Both the position numbers and the translations under genes were made by a program. Shown piece by piece: positions 26,630 to 38,998 of a DNA stretch of 64,000 nt. Position 1 is the first letter of the stretch, and each line of letters opens with the position of its first letter. Source of the stretch: Octopus bimaculoides (Eukaryota); NCBI RefSeq assembly GCF_001194135.2, contig NC_068990.1:1698522-1762521 (forward strand), given 5' to 3'. Below the pieces are notes generated by a model that saw only the letters and a list, made by a program, of their open reading frames with translations, ran no database searches and had not been told where the DNA came from.

Positions 26630-27112
26630 TCACAACTCATCATCATCATCATTATCATTGTCATCATCGTCATCGTCATCGTCATCATCATCATCATCGT
26701 CATTATCCACACCATGACGACGATGATGAAGACCACCACCACTACCACCACACTCCTCCTTCTCCATTGTTGTCATTATTATACTTGGCCATACCATTCT
26801 TATCATAATTACCGCTGTTCCTGTCACACCATCAATAGTCATTGCTATTACTATTACAAATAACACCTCTACTGAAATCCCCACTACTATCACCCCCCCC
26901 CCNNNNNNNNNNNNNNNNNNNNNNNNNNNCCCATTATCACCACCACCACTACAATCACCACTACTACCTCCACTATCACCACTGACACCAACACTACCAC
27001 CACTATCAGCACCCCACATCATCACTGCTGCTGCCGCCGCAACCAGTACCGCTACCACCACCATCACTGCTGCCACCACCACCACCATCACTACTGCTGC
27101 CACCACCACCAT
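26630..27112. repeat. (CAT)n/(CAC)n low-complexity tract, representative of the many microsatellites in the window
   Basis: Direct inspection. (TA)n, (CA)n, (GA)n, (TATC)n and (TAT)n arrays recur throughout and border most N-gaps. Confidence 0.9.
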
Positions 27113-27129
27113 TTACATCCACTGGCTTC

Positions 27130-27519
27130 CCTCTGAGTACTTTGTGGAGGTTTTGAGAAAGTTCAGGAAGAGATTTCATTGCAAAAGACAGAGTACCTAT
27201 ACAAGAACAATGCACCAATCCACAATTCCACCCTGATAATCAACTGTTTGACAGGGTGGGCAGCAAAACTGTCCCTCATTCTCCTTACATTCCAGACATT
27301 GCTCCCTGTGATCTTTGATTGTTTTCCAAGCTGAAGGAGAAGATGAAGGAGGCTTTGGTGGTCCTCGAATTCCCTGGGCTTTCATAAAGTGGCTGGAATG
27401 CTAAAACAAGTGCATTGAAGTCAGAGGTTCCTACTTCGAAGGGGATCAGAGTTTTGATCTTCCTTAGAATGAATAAATGTCTCCCCTGAAAAAAGTCTGA
27501 AAACATCTGGACTGTACTT
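27130..27519 (+). mobile_element. Mariner transposase 3' remnant
   Basis: EYFVEVLRKFRKRFHCKR, NNAPIHNS, TVPHSPYIPDIAPCDL*LFSKLK. Ends in a TIR-like sequence followed by TA at 27520-21. Confidence 0.75.
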
Positions 27520-27974
27520 TAGAGATATGTGTGTGTGGTATGTGAAGGCACATGGCTTAGTGGGTAGGATAATTGGCTCACAAGCATAAGGTCATGAGTT
27601 CAATTTCTGGTGACACGTGTCCTTGAGCAAGACATTTTATTACACATTGATCCAGTCCACTCAACTGTCAAAAATGATTAGTGCCTGTATTTCATATTCT
27701 GTGTCATGCTGAATCTCCCTGAGAAATATATTAAAGGTACAAGTGTCTGTGGAGTGGTCAGCCACTTGCATGTTAATTTCTAATTTCACAAACTGGCTGT
27801 TCCATTGATTGAATTAACTGGAACCACTGTCATCATTATTGACAGAGTGCCATTTATATATATACATATACAAGCATAAGTGTTGAAATCAACAAGGCTT
27901 TTCATTTTCCTGAGCATCAAACTAATACACCTTCTTGTGTATATATATATATATATACACACATATATACATAC

Positions 27975-28008
<34 letters not shown>

Positions 28009-28138
28009 TTTATTTGTTTCAGTCATTAGACTGCAGCAATGCAAGGGCCTTGAAGAATTTTTAGTCCAAGGAATTGACACTAGTACTTATTCTTTTTGAA
28101 AGCCTAGTACTGATTCTATCAGTATCTTTTGCTAAGTT

Positions 28139-28180
<42 letters not shown>

Positions 28181-29220
28181 GTTATCATCATTTAACGTCT
28201 GCTTTCCATGCTAGCATGGGTTGGACGATTTGACTGAGGACTGCACCAGGCTCCAATCTGATCTGGCAGAGTTTCTACAGCTGGATGCCCTTCCTAACAT
28301 CAACCACTCCGAGTGTGTAGTGGGTGCTTTTACGTGCCACCAGCACGAGGACCAGTCAGGCGGTACTGGCAACGGTCATGCTCAAATGGTGTTTTTTTAT
28401 GTGCCACCTGCACAGGAGTCACACCAACACCAGTTTTCAAGCAGTGGTGGTGGTGGTGGGCTTTTTATCACACAGCCATGCCTGCACCCTGTATATATAT
28501 ATATATATATATATATATNNNNNNNNNNNNNNNNNNNNNNNNNNNNNNNNNNNNNNNNNNNNNNNNNNNNNNNNNNNNNNNNNNNNNNNNNNNNNNNNNN
28601 NNNNNNNNNNNNNNNNNNNNNNNNNNNNNNNNNNNNNNNNNNNNNNNNNNNNNNNNNNNNNNNNNNNNNNNNNNNNNNNNNNNNNNNNNNNNNNNNNNNN
28701 NNNNNNNNNNNNNNNNNNNNNNNNNNNNNNNNNNNNNNNNNNNNNNNNNNNNNNNNNNNNNNNNNNNNNNNNNNNNNNNNNNNNNNNNNNNNNNNNNNNN
28801 NNNNNNNNNNNNNNNNNNNNNNNNNNNNNNNNNNNNNNNNNNNNNNNNNNNNNNNNNNNNNNNNNNNNNNNNNNNNNNNNNNNNNNNNNNNNNNNNNNNN
28901 NNNNNNNNNNNNNNNNNNNNNNNNNNNNNNNNNNNNNNNNNNNNNNNNNNNNNNNNNNNNNNNNNNNNNNNNNNNNNNNNNNNNNNNNNNNNNNNNNNNN
29001 NNNNNNATCTATATATATACACACATACATATATATATACACACACATATATATCAATACTTGTTGGCCACAGTTGGAATGTTTAATATTATATCTGCTT
29101 AATAAGGTGGCAAGTTGGCAGGGTCATTAGTGCTGCAGGTGCTTGGTGTTATTTCACCTGTCACTATGTTCTGAGTTCAAATTCTGTCGAAGTTGATTTT
29201 TGCCTTTCATCCTTTTGGAG

Positions 29221-29412
29221 TTGATTAAATAAGTACCAGTTATGCTTTGGGGTTGATTAAATAAGTACCAGTTACGCTTTGGGGTTGATTAAATAAGTAC
29301 CAGTTACGCTTTGGGGTTGATTAAATAAGTACCAGTTACGCTTTGGGGTTGATTAAATAAGTACCAGTTACGCTTTGGATTTGATTAAATAAGTACCAGT
29401 TACGCTTTGGAG
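29221..29412 (+). repeat. 32-bp minisatellite, 6 copies, inside a SINE
   Basis: Unit ttgattaaataagtaccagttacgctttgggg starts at 29221, 29253, 29285, 29317, 29349 and 29381, with no spacers. Confidence 0.95.
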
Positions 29413-29950
29413 TTGATGCAATCAACTTAATCACCTCTGCCAATCTGCCCTTGTGGCAAAAATTTGAAATCAATATTATATTTGATTAATAAGAGTTGAT
29501 CAGAAATGAACTGCAATAACAGTCACAAAAGCAACCACTGGGCAATAAGCAAAGTTGACATCAAAAGCAACAACAACAATTATAATAATTACGTTAATTG
29601 AATACTAATTAGAATAGCAATGATAATTACAACAAAAGAAAACATGCCACCGACAAAAGCAACAACGTCAACAATTATGACATCAAGAACAAGAACAATA
29701 ACAGTGTCAAGATACATCAACAGCAACAAAATGAACTACAGCAGCAACACTAACAATATTAATGATACCATCACCAGCAACAAAACCAGTGACAGCTACA
29801 TCAATTGTGTATTAATTAGTAGAAAAGAGATATGTAGTTGATATTAGCAAATAGTAAAGGAAACCAATAGACATCTTGTTATAAGTCTTCACAAATTGCA
29901 AGTTATCATGGAGAATTAATTCATTGATTTATCAGAGAAAGTTGTTGCTA

Positions 29951-30214
29951 CTGAGATGTTTAGGATGTGAAACTATCATGGATTACCCAAATGGAATTGA
30001 CATTAGTAATGCTGGAAATGTTTTAGTTGGAAGCAGTCATGGTAACTGCTTTCATTGGTTGCTAAACTATAATCTGACACAGTTTCTTATAGCAGAATTT
30101 CAATGCTTTTACCTCAAAGTCAGCCATTGTTGTCTCATTATACCATATGAAGGTTACATAGTCATATTTACTAAAAGTGACCAAAATGTATTTATTCTAG
30201 ATGCTTCATACCTT
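29951..30214 (+). pseudogene. Decayed fragment of a TRIM-NHL gene (mei-P26/NHL-2-like C-terminal NHL repeats)
   Basis: LRCLGCETIMDYPNGIDISNAGNVLVGSSHGNCFH...AEFQCFYLKVSHCC-LIIPYEGYIV...NVFILDASYL versus the recalled family C-terminus LRRIGC....[24 protein letters not shown]...[24 protein letters not shown]...HVLVLNTLYI. Confidence 0.8.
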
Positions 30215-30365
30215 TTACTTGCTTTAGTTAAAAAAACTGTGACCATGCTGGGGCACTGCCTTGAAGAATTTTTAGTTGAATGAATCGACCCCAGTATTTA
30301 TTTTTTAAAGCCTGATGCTTATTCTATTGGTCCCTTTTGCTGAACTATTAAGTTACAGGGATGTA

Positions 30366-30454
<89 letters not shown>

Positions 30455-30932
30455 CAGGGTTCCTTCATTTTTTTGTCTATCAAATGCACTCATAAGGCTT
30501 TAGTCAGCCTGATGTTGTAGTAGAAGACACTTGCCCAAGGTGCCACATAGTGGGACTGAACCCTGAACCATGTAGTTGGGGAGCAAGCTTCTTACTACAC
30601 AGCTACTAATAATTATTATAAATGTATGTTACTTTATATATTACAAAGATTTATAAACTTTTAAATCAGTTCAAATATGTTTGTAACATATTTGATCTGC
30701 ATAAAGGCCACTATCACTGCAGTTTGCTATGGAGAAAATTTCTTGCTTTAGACAACAGGTGATAAAACACTAACAAGCATTTCTGAGCACCCTTTGTGGA
30801 CCAATGAATGCATTTCAAGCTTGTTAGCTACAAAGATTTATATTTCATTACTTTGTATCATTGATGCAGAAAAGTTCCTGGCTTTGGGTAAAAGAAAATA
30901 GAGGAGACTCAGTTAATTATGATTTTATTCAA

Positions 30933-31752
30933 CTCTCACTCAAGGTAAAAGGCAGACTGTATGACGCATGTGTACGAATAGCCATGCTACATGGCAGTGA
31001 AACATGGGCTGTGACTGCTGAGGACATGCGTAAGCTTGCAAGGAATGAAGCCAGTATGCTCCGCTGGATGTGTAATGTAAATGTGCATACCCGTCAGAGT
31101 GTAAGTATCTTGAGAGAAAAGCTGAACATAAGAAGCGTCAGTAGTGGTGTGCAAGAGAGACAATTGCGCTGGTTTGGACATGTGGTGAGAATGAATGAGG
31201 ATAGCTGCGTGAAAAAGTGCCACTCCCTAACTGTTGAGGGAACCCGTGGAAGAAGTAGGCCCAGGAAGACCTGGGCTGAGGTGGTGAGGCAAGACCNNNN
31301 NNNNNNNNNNNNNNNNNNNNNNNNNNNNNNNNNNNNNNNNNNNNNNNNNNNNNNNNNNNNNNNNNNNNNNNNNNNNNNNNNNNNNNNNNNNNNNNNNNNN
31401 NNNNNNNNNNNNNNNNNNNNNNNNNNNNNNNNNNNNNNNNNNNNNNNNNNNNNNNNNNNNNNNNNNNNNNNNNNNNNNNNNNNNNNNNNNNNNNNNNNNN
31501 NNNNNNNNNNNTGTAAGGTTTTCGAGCGAGATCGTTGCCAGTGCCCCTGGACTGGCTCTTGTGCGGGTGGCACATAAAAGACACCATTTCGAGCGTGGCC
31601 GTTTTCGTTAGGAAGGGCATCCAGCTGTAGAAACTCTGCCAAATTAGATTGGAGCCTGGTGTAGCCATGCGGTTGCACCAGTCCTCAGTCAAATCGTCCA
31701 ACCCATGCTAGCATGGAAAGCGGACGTTAAACGATGATGATGATGGTGATGA
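30933..31752 (+). mobile_element. 5'-truncated RTE LINE (RT C-terminus, 3' UTR and (GAT)n tail), spans an assembly gap
   Basis: LSLKVKGRLYDACVRIAMLHGSETWA...RQLRWFGHVVRM...GRSRPRKTWAEVV, then the common 3' UTR ending ccatgctagcatggaaagcggacgttaaacgatgatgatg. Confidence 0.9.
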
Positions 31753-33541
31753 TTCCCCTCTCAGATTCACACACTTATTGCAGCAGTCCTCCAGTTTTTC
31801 TAAGCCCTGTAAAAGAACTTTGAAAGTTGCACCTTCAACCAGGCCTTTCATGATACCCTTAAAGCGAGGAACTTTTCAGCACCCTTTGTATGTTTATACA
31901 AATTTGTGTTGTGCTAAGTTAACTTTGGTACTTGTCAGCTATGATTGATTAGCAGTCCAATGATCAAAGATATTCTTATTGTGACCACTGCATCAATTTA
32001 AAGTAGCTGTAGAATAATTATCTAGGACTTCATTATAAGCTGACCATGCATCTGTACATGTGTGTGTAGTCGTACACAATAGCTCTCAAGCAAACTGTTA
32101 GCTGCCCATGCATGTATGTTTCTTCTCTCCATGACAACAATGTTTATCTAAAGGAAAGATTGCTGACTTGATGTAATACAACTTGGCACCAGAACTGTCA
32201 CTGGCATTGCTGTTAGATTGCAAAGTGCTGGAAACGATACTACAAGGTATCTGTTTTGATGCCCTGACATTTCTGCCAATTCCCCACCTTAGATTTGGTA
32301 CTCTGCTATCATCCTCAAAAGGCTGAAAAGTTGACTGCAATAAGATTGGGACTCAGAGTACAAAGCAATTGGACAAATATTGGTTTTAAATTTTGGCACA
32401 AGACCAGCAGGTTTGAGGGAGGAGTTTAAGTTGATTAAATCAACCCCAGTGTTCAACTGGTACTTATTTTATCAACCCCTAAAGAATGAAAAGCAAAGTC
32501 AACCCTGGCAGAATTCAAACTCAGAATGTAAAAAAACAGATGAAATACCAAAAGTGTTTCACCTGGCATACAAATGATTCTACCAGCTCACCACCTTCAT
32601 TGGGACAAATATCCAAGCTCTAATTCTGCTGCCAGAAGCACAGTATTATCTGATATATTTTCCCTTCTTTTTCTTCTTTTGATTTTTTTTCCCGGACACT
32701 AGTGTGCAGTTTGACATAAAATTTAGTCTGCAATTTCTAGCAGGCCATGTACCTACATAGATGACCAACTCAGATCATTTGTTATTTTTTTTATTTTTAT
32801 TTATTTTTATTTTGATATCAGATAAAATTGTAGTTGCTTATTACTCAGAGCAGTGAACTTTATCTTTCAGCTTTTGTGGAGGTCAGTAAAATAAAGTACA
32901 ATTCAAGTACAAGTCACAGCATCACCTTAACCCCCTCTCTTTAAAATTGCTGGCTTTACACCTAAATCAGAATTTTCATAACAGTCACCTTTCTTGCATA
33001 CACTGTTTCTTCTGATGCCGAGTTCCTTTGTCGGTTTTCTTGTTCTCAGCTCTCAGAGCATAGCCACCCTTCTACAGTTATTTCATATCTTATTGCCTTG
33101 CTTCGCTTCACTACAAAGCTTTGAGAGAAATTAGAGAGAAAAGGAAGGAGAAAGTGTGTAAAATGAAATATTGCATGAATAATGGAATTGGTGATGACTC
33201 TTTCATCAATAAGGTGATCGTCACAAGCACATTATGTATCAGCACCTTCACAAACCCAAGCTTTTCATGTTGCCTGGACTAATTCTCAAAGCCTAATTGA
33301 TGACAGTGTTTGCAGCTTTAAGGTGCTTGTAATACCGTTCTCACTGATGAATAAAGAAAAAGAAACCAACAAAAAAGCCTAAGCAGAAGAAAACAACATA
33401 TAAGATAGCAGGAAGTGATGCAAGTTGATGTGTGCAACATTTCTTTTTAAATTATCTTAGGAGTAATCAACTCCATTTGAACAATTTCTTAATTAAATCC
33501 ATCACATTATGATTGATTTTTGTTTCTTTTTTGTTTTCTAG

Positions 33542-33626
33542 TTATGATTGGTACTGGCAGAATGCAGACAATGAATTTATAGAAGTATGTTCCAAAAGTG
33601 GGAAAGTGTTGGCAAATGAATCACTG
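33542..33626 (+). CDS. CFAP65: CFAP65 internal exon B ((C)YDWYWQNADNEFIEVCSKSGKVLANESL)
   Basis: Polypyrimidine tract and AG at 33540-41, donor GTATGT at 33627; 85 nt, phase 2 to 0. It completes the split codon TG|T from exon A and matches human QFEWRVSEQHRKLLAVQPSRGLIQPNERL. Confidence 0.87.
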
Positions 33627-33772
33627 GTATGTTCTTTTCACTTTTGTTTTCTGGCTATTATATCCTTAAGCTAACAGTTGTAGTCAGAGGACATGGATTT
33701 GAAAGGATCAAAGTTCTCTTCATTAAGGTTTAGGGTTAGGGTTGGGGTTAGGATAGGAAACATTGTTTAGAT

Positions 33773-34123
33773 CAATGTTTCTCAACCATTTTTTTTCTAT
33801 CTATTGACCCCTTTGATTACTATTTTATTCTGGTGGACACCAATAATTTTATAGAAGCTTCTTTCATAATTCCCATTTTGTTTTTCACACAGTAATTTGT
33901 GTAAGCTGAACTTTGTAAAATGCTAGAGAAAGAAACTTACATGTACATACATTTAAATACATACATTTAAAGCAATACATACCTATACATACATTTAAAG
34001 AAAATTTTTTCAGGGGCCCTTAAAATACTTTTGTGGATCCTCAGTTTGCAATTTTGTCGCATGGATCCCATCAAAATCTATAAACCCTCAGGGGCCATAT
34101 TGATCCCCAGTTGAAAACCACTG
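33773..34123. mobile_element. hAT (Charlie-like) MITE
   Basis: Ends CAATGTTTCTCAACC and CAGTTGAAAACCACTG, with an 8-bp TSD-like flank gtttagat / gtttaggg. A second, opposite-orientation copy starts at 57481. Confidence 0.75.
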
Positions 34124-34378
34124 GTTTAGGGAGAGAACATACCACTCTCGTGGGTGGGAGTCATTGCTCGTATGGAGAGCAACCAAATACAAAAAGTACT
34201 CTTTTATAGGAAGCTAACATATAGCTGGCATTCTTAAAGAGACCAAAACAAGAGATATGAGAACATCTTGAAATCCCACCTCAAATCAGGTGATATCTTC
34301 ACAGATGATTGGGAAGGTCTGTACTTATTCACTTCAAAGTGGTAACCGAAAAGTTATGTCTGAATAAAGGGATTTGAA

Positions 34379-34800
34379 CATCATCATCATCATCATCATC
34401 ATTTAACTTCCGCTTTCCATGCTAGCATGGGTTGGACGATTTGACCGAGGACTGGCAAGCCAGAAGGCTACACCAGGCTCCAATCTGATCTGGCAAAGTT
34501 TCTACAGCTGGATGCTCTTCCTAACACCAACCACTCCGAGAGTGTAGTGGGTGCTTTTACGTGCCACCGGCACGAGGGCCAGTCAGGCGATAATGGCAAC
34601 GGCCACGCTCAAAAATGTGTTTTTTACATGCCACCTGCACGGGAGCTAGTCCAGGGCACTGGCAATTATCTCGCTTGAATGATTTTCTAATGTGCCACCA
34701 AAACAAGTGCTAGAAGGCAATGCTGGTAACGATTATGCTCCAATGGTGCTATTTACGGGCCACTAGCACAGAAGCGAGACAGCTGCTCTGGCAATGAACA
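34379..34800 (-). mobile_element. RTE 3' UTR copy with (CAT)n tail
   Basis: Reverse complement of the 31512-31752 tail. Further copies at 11555-11745+, 17921-18142-, 22165-22323+, 28141-28440-, 41090-41474+ and 52101-52410-. Confidence 0.85.
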
Positions 34801-35404
34801 TGCTCAACAGCCATATTAATCAGTTACATGACTGTCATACATCTTACTATGCTAAAATTTTAGACAAACTCATCACATGTAACAAATACATCTGTTTGAT
34901 CTCTCAGCATCAACACCAGAGACAGATATGTCTAGTTATTTGTTGCTGATGTTAAAGCAACAAAAAAATTTATTTAATGTATAGACAAAGTGAATCCATG
35001 AGGTCATGATGACTTAGTTTATTATTATATTGCATGTGTATGTGTGGATATGTATACAAGTTGTGTCTGTGTGCAGATATGCTTGTCTGAGTGTATGTGT
35101 GTCGCTTTTGGAACTTGATTTAAATTTCATGATAAAAATTGAAATTATTAAAATTCAGTATCTGCTATTTTAATTGTGAATGATAAGTGAATGTATTTTA
35201 ACTTCATCTGTTTTTCCTGTTTATACAAATTTGCTTCCCCCATTTTTTCACCCTCTCTGTATGTGAGTCTGTGTGTGTGTGTGTGTGTGGGTGTGTGTGC
35301 GTGTGTGTGCGTGCGTGTGTGTGTGTGAGTGTGCGTGCACGTGTATATACACATATACTCATAAATACATATGCACACATACATATATTTATATATATGT
35401 AGGT

Positions 35405-35565
35405 GCAGGAGTGGTTGTATGGTAAAAACTTGCTTCTCATCCGCATGGTTCCTGGTTCAGTTCCACTGCATGGCACCTTGGGCAAGTGTCTTCTTCTATA
35501 CCCTTGGGCCGACTGGAGCCTTGTGAGTGAATTTGGTAGACACAAACTGAAAGAAGCCTATTGTC

Positions 35566-35604
<39 letters not shown>

Positions 35605-35820
35605 TTGTGTGTCTGTGTTTGTTCCCCACCATTGCTTGATAACTGATGTTGGTGTGTTCGCATCTCTATAACTTAGTGGTGTGGCAAAAGAGACTGATAG
35701 AATAAGTACTAGGCTTACAAAGAATAAGTCCTGGGGTCAATTTGCTTGACTAAAGGCGGTGCTCCAGCATGGCCACAGTCAAATGACTGATATAAGTAAA
35801 AGAATAAAGGAATAAAAGAA
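35405..35820 (+). mobile_element. tRNA-derived SINE, family A (octopus OK/OR-like), near full length
   Basis: gcaggagtggttgtatggtaa..ggttcagttccactgcatggcaccttgggcaagtgtcttc..internal (TA)/(TG)n..ctccagcatggccacagtc..(AAAGAATA) tail. Other copies: 513-1150+, 7040-7800- (two), 19243-19647-, 25740-25970+, 30240-30605-, 39575-39825-, 40535-40950+, 47570-47745-, 50105-50260+, 51135-51260-, 55920-56110-, 58445-58620+. Confidence 0.85.
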
Positions 35821-36022
35821 TATATTTATATACATACGTACACACATACATACATACATACATACATACATACTTACATATATATATTTACACACACACA
35901 CACCCATATATGGATCTATGAGTGTGTATATATAAATATATATACATATATGTGTGTAGATATATATGTATATATATATACATATATGTATGTGTATTGT
36001 GTATATATATATTTATATATGC

Positions 36023-36074
<52 letters not shown>

Positions 36075-37459
36075 ATATATATNNNNNNNNNNNNNNNNNN
36101 NNNNNNNNNNNNNNNNNNNNNNNNNNNNNNNNNNNNNNNNNNNNNNNNNNNNNNNNNNNNNNNNNNNNNNNNNNNNNNNNNNNNNNNNNNNNNNNNNNNN
36201 NNNNNNNNNNNNNNNNNNNNNNNNNNNNNNNNNNNNNNNNNNNNNNNNNNNNNNNNNNNNNNNNNNNNNNNNNNNNNNNNNNNNNNNNNNNNNNNNNNNN
36301 NNNNNNNNNNNNNNNNNNNNNNNNNNNNNNNNNNNNNNNNNNNNNNNNNNNNNNNNNNNNNNNNNNNNNNNNNNNNNNNNNNNNNNNNNNNNNNNNNNNN
36401 NNNNNNNNNNNNNNNNNNNNNNNNNNNNNNNNNNNNNNNNNNNNNNNNNNNNNNNNNNNNNNNNNNNNNNNNNNNNNNNNNNNNNNNNNNNNNNNNNNNN
36501 NNNNNNNNNNNNNNNNNNNNNNNNNNNNNNNNNNNNNNNNNNNNNNNNNNNNNNNNNNNNNNNNNNNTTTTGCACACTTCTCCATCTGACTGTGTCCTTC
36601 AGAGAATTGGAAGGAATAATTTTTTTGCCATTGAATATATCTTTAATTCAACCATTATTTTCTGTTCATGTATTCTTCTGAGAGAGAATTCTTTTTAAAG
36701 TTGCAGTCTATATGTTCTTGCGTTAAGCAATTAGAGAGAAATATCTTTTTATTTATTTATTATTTAAAAAAAAATTTTTGGAAAGTTTTATTGCTACCGC
36801 GATTGCATCTGTGCCAAAATATCATTTGAAAAGGTTGGAATGACATCAAAATTTAAAAATAGTTTGGATGTCATATTGAAATTAATGAAACGAGTCACAA
36901 GAGTGAAGGTTGCGGTTGATGTTGTTATTGTTGTCATCGTCATCTGTTGTCTGTGAATTCTGCCATCATTATCATTGACGTTTAGGCATAAATCTACTTT
37001 AAAAAAGTGGCTGACTTCTGTCGTGCAGTTTGCTGGTTGAACAAGGTTGTGTGATCCACAAATCTGTTGCCAAGGTGCCAGTTGGATATAATTATAAAGA
37101 AGAATTTTTTCTACTAACTTCAGCAGCTCATGTAAATGTTCCTTCCTTTACTGTGGCTTTTACAGAAGCAACTCTCTCTAACTTGATAGCTGGATGCCCT
37201 TCCAAATGGCAACCACTTTACAGTGTGGACTGGATGCTTTTTATGTGGCAGCAGGACTGGTAGGGTCACCAAGTAACTCGTAAGACAAGGGATTTTGAGA
37301 TGGGAAGGGGGGGGGGCATTTGAAGAAGAGAACTTGTGTCAGAGGATGAAAGCTTAGAGTGTGATAGAGAGACAGAGAGGCAGAAACAGGTGTCTTGTTA
37401 TAATGGAGGGGACATTGGAGGAGGTGATCCGATGAAAGAGAAAGAGAGAAGAAAGATAA

Positions 37460-37492
<33 letters not shown>

Positions 37493-37707
37493 ATAGAGAA
37501 AGAGAGGGAGAAGAAGGGAGATAGATGTACAAGAAGGGAGACAGAAACAGGTGTGTTGATGTAAAGGAGACACTTAGTTACCTAGTCAGAGGGAAAACAA
37601 CAGAAAGAGAGAGAGTGATCGAGATTGAGGGCAGAAATAGGTGTACTGCTGTAGAGGAGATACATGGCTACCCAGACAGAGGGACGAGAGATAGAGTAGG
37701 AAATATA

Positions 37708-38998
37708 TCCGGTCATTAAGAATGAAATGTCCGATTTTGAACTGAAAGTTTATTTTGACTTATCTCAACAAAGAGCAATGCAGTTAATCAAAGTATGCAC
37801 CTAAATTATCAACACATGTTTGCCATTTTATCGGTAGCTTATTTTTGCCAGCACTGAAAAATTCTGGAGAGCAAGAAGTGATGAAATCATGAAAGGCTGT
37901 TTTTACATCTTCTTCAGATTTGAAATTTTTTCCTTGCAAAAAGTTGTCTAATGCCTGGAAAACATGTCAGTCAGTTGGTGCAAGGTTTGGTGAATATGGT
38001 GGATGACAGAGTACTTCTAAGATCAGTTCCTGTAACTTGAGTAGCGTTCTTTGTGCAATATGTGGTCAAGCATTGTCTTGCAAGAGAATCGGCCTGTTTC
38101 TATTGACCAATCTTAGTTGTTTAATTGCAAGTTCACTCATCATTTCACCTAATTGGCTGATGTATACATCTATTGTAATTGACTTACCAGGTCTCATGAA
38201 TCTGTAATAGATGACCCCACCCTGGGACCACCAAACAGACATCATTAGCTTCGTTTGGTGAATATTCTTGTTTGGATTGTATTTTGGCACTTTATCTCTA
38301 TCCAACCACTGTGCACAATGCTTGCTATTGCTGAAAAGAATCCATTTTTCATCACATGTAACAATATGATGCAGAAATAATTCACTTTTATTATGCTGTG
38401 ACAGCAAAGAACAGCAAGTTTCAAGATGACATGTCATTTGATGCTCGTTTAGTTTGTGTGGCACCCACTTGTCCAGCTTCTTTACCATGCTGATTTGTTT
38501 CAGATGGTCCAATACAGTTGGAATCAAAACATCAAACCTTGCTGCTAACTCACATGTAGTTTGAGGTGTATCCATTTCCATTACAGTTTCCAGCTCATCA
38601 TTATCCACCTTGGTCTCAGGTCTATCATGGGTCTAATTTTCAAGAATAAAGTCACCAGACCAGAACTTCTCAAACCATTGTCATACAGTGTGCTTGCTCA
38701 TCTGCCGCATTTTCACCAAACACCTCATTGATCTTTTGAGTTGTCTGGGATGCACTGGTTCCACAATGGAACTCATATTCATAAACAACACAAATTTTTT
38801 ATCTATCCATGGGCTCACAAAAATTGATTTACAAGAGAAAACTCACAATTATAATCAGACACCGAACTGCATTTCGAAAAGTGATGATGTAATTCTTGAA
38901 TGCTGTAAAACAAAGAATTGTCAGGATAAAACATTAGAGTCAACAACGTTCAAACTTGGTGCATAAGAAAACCGGATATTTCATTCTTAATGACATGA
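37708..38998 (-). mobile_element. Full-length (1291 bp) DD34D mariner, inactivated
   Basis: TIRs TCCGGTCATTAAGAATGAAATGTCCGATTTT / TCATGTCATTAAGAATGAAATATCCGGTTTT with TA on both sides. ORF 38066-38608 has WVPHKL, IVTCDEKW and LLQDNA, then a CGA to TGA stop and HPPYSPNLAPTD at D34D spacing. Confidence 0.93.

Noticed and set aside
29221-29412. CRISPR-like 32-bp repeats
   Set aside because: The units are contiguous with no spacers, lie inside a eukaryotic SINE, and there are no cas genes.
33729-33752. Interstitial telomere
   Set aside because: Only about four imperfect TTAGGG units, better explained as part of a dispersed repeat.
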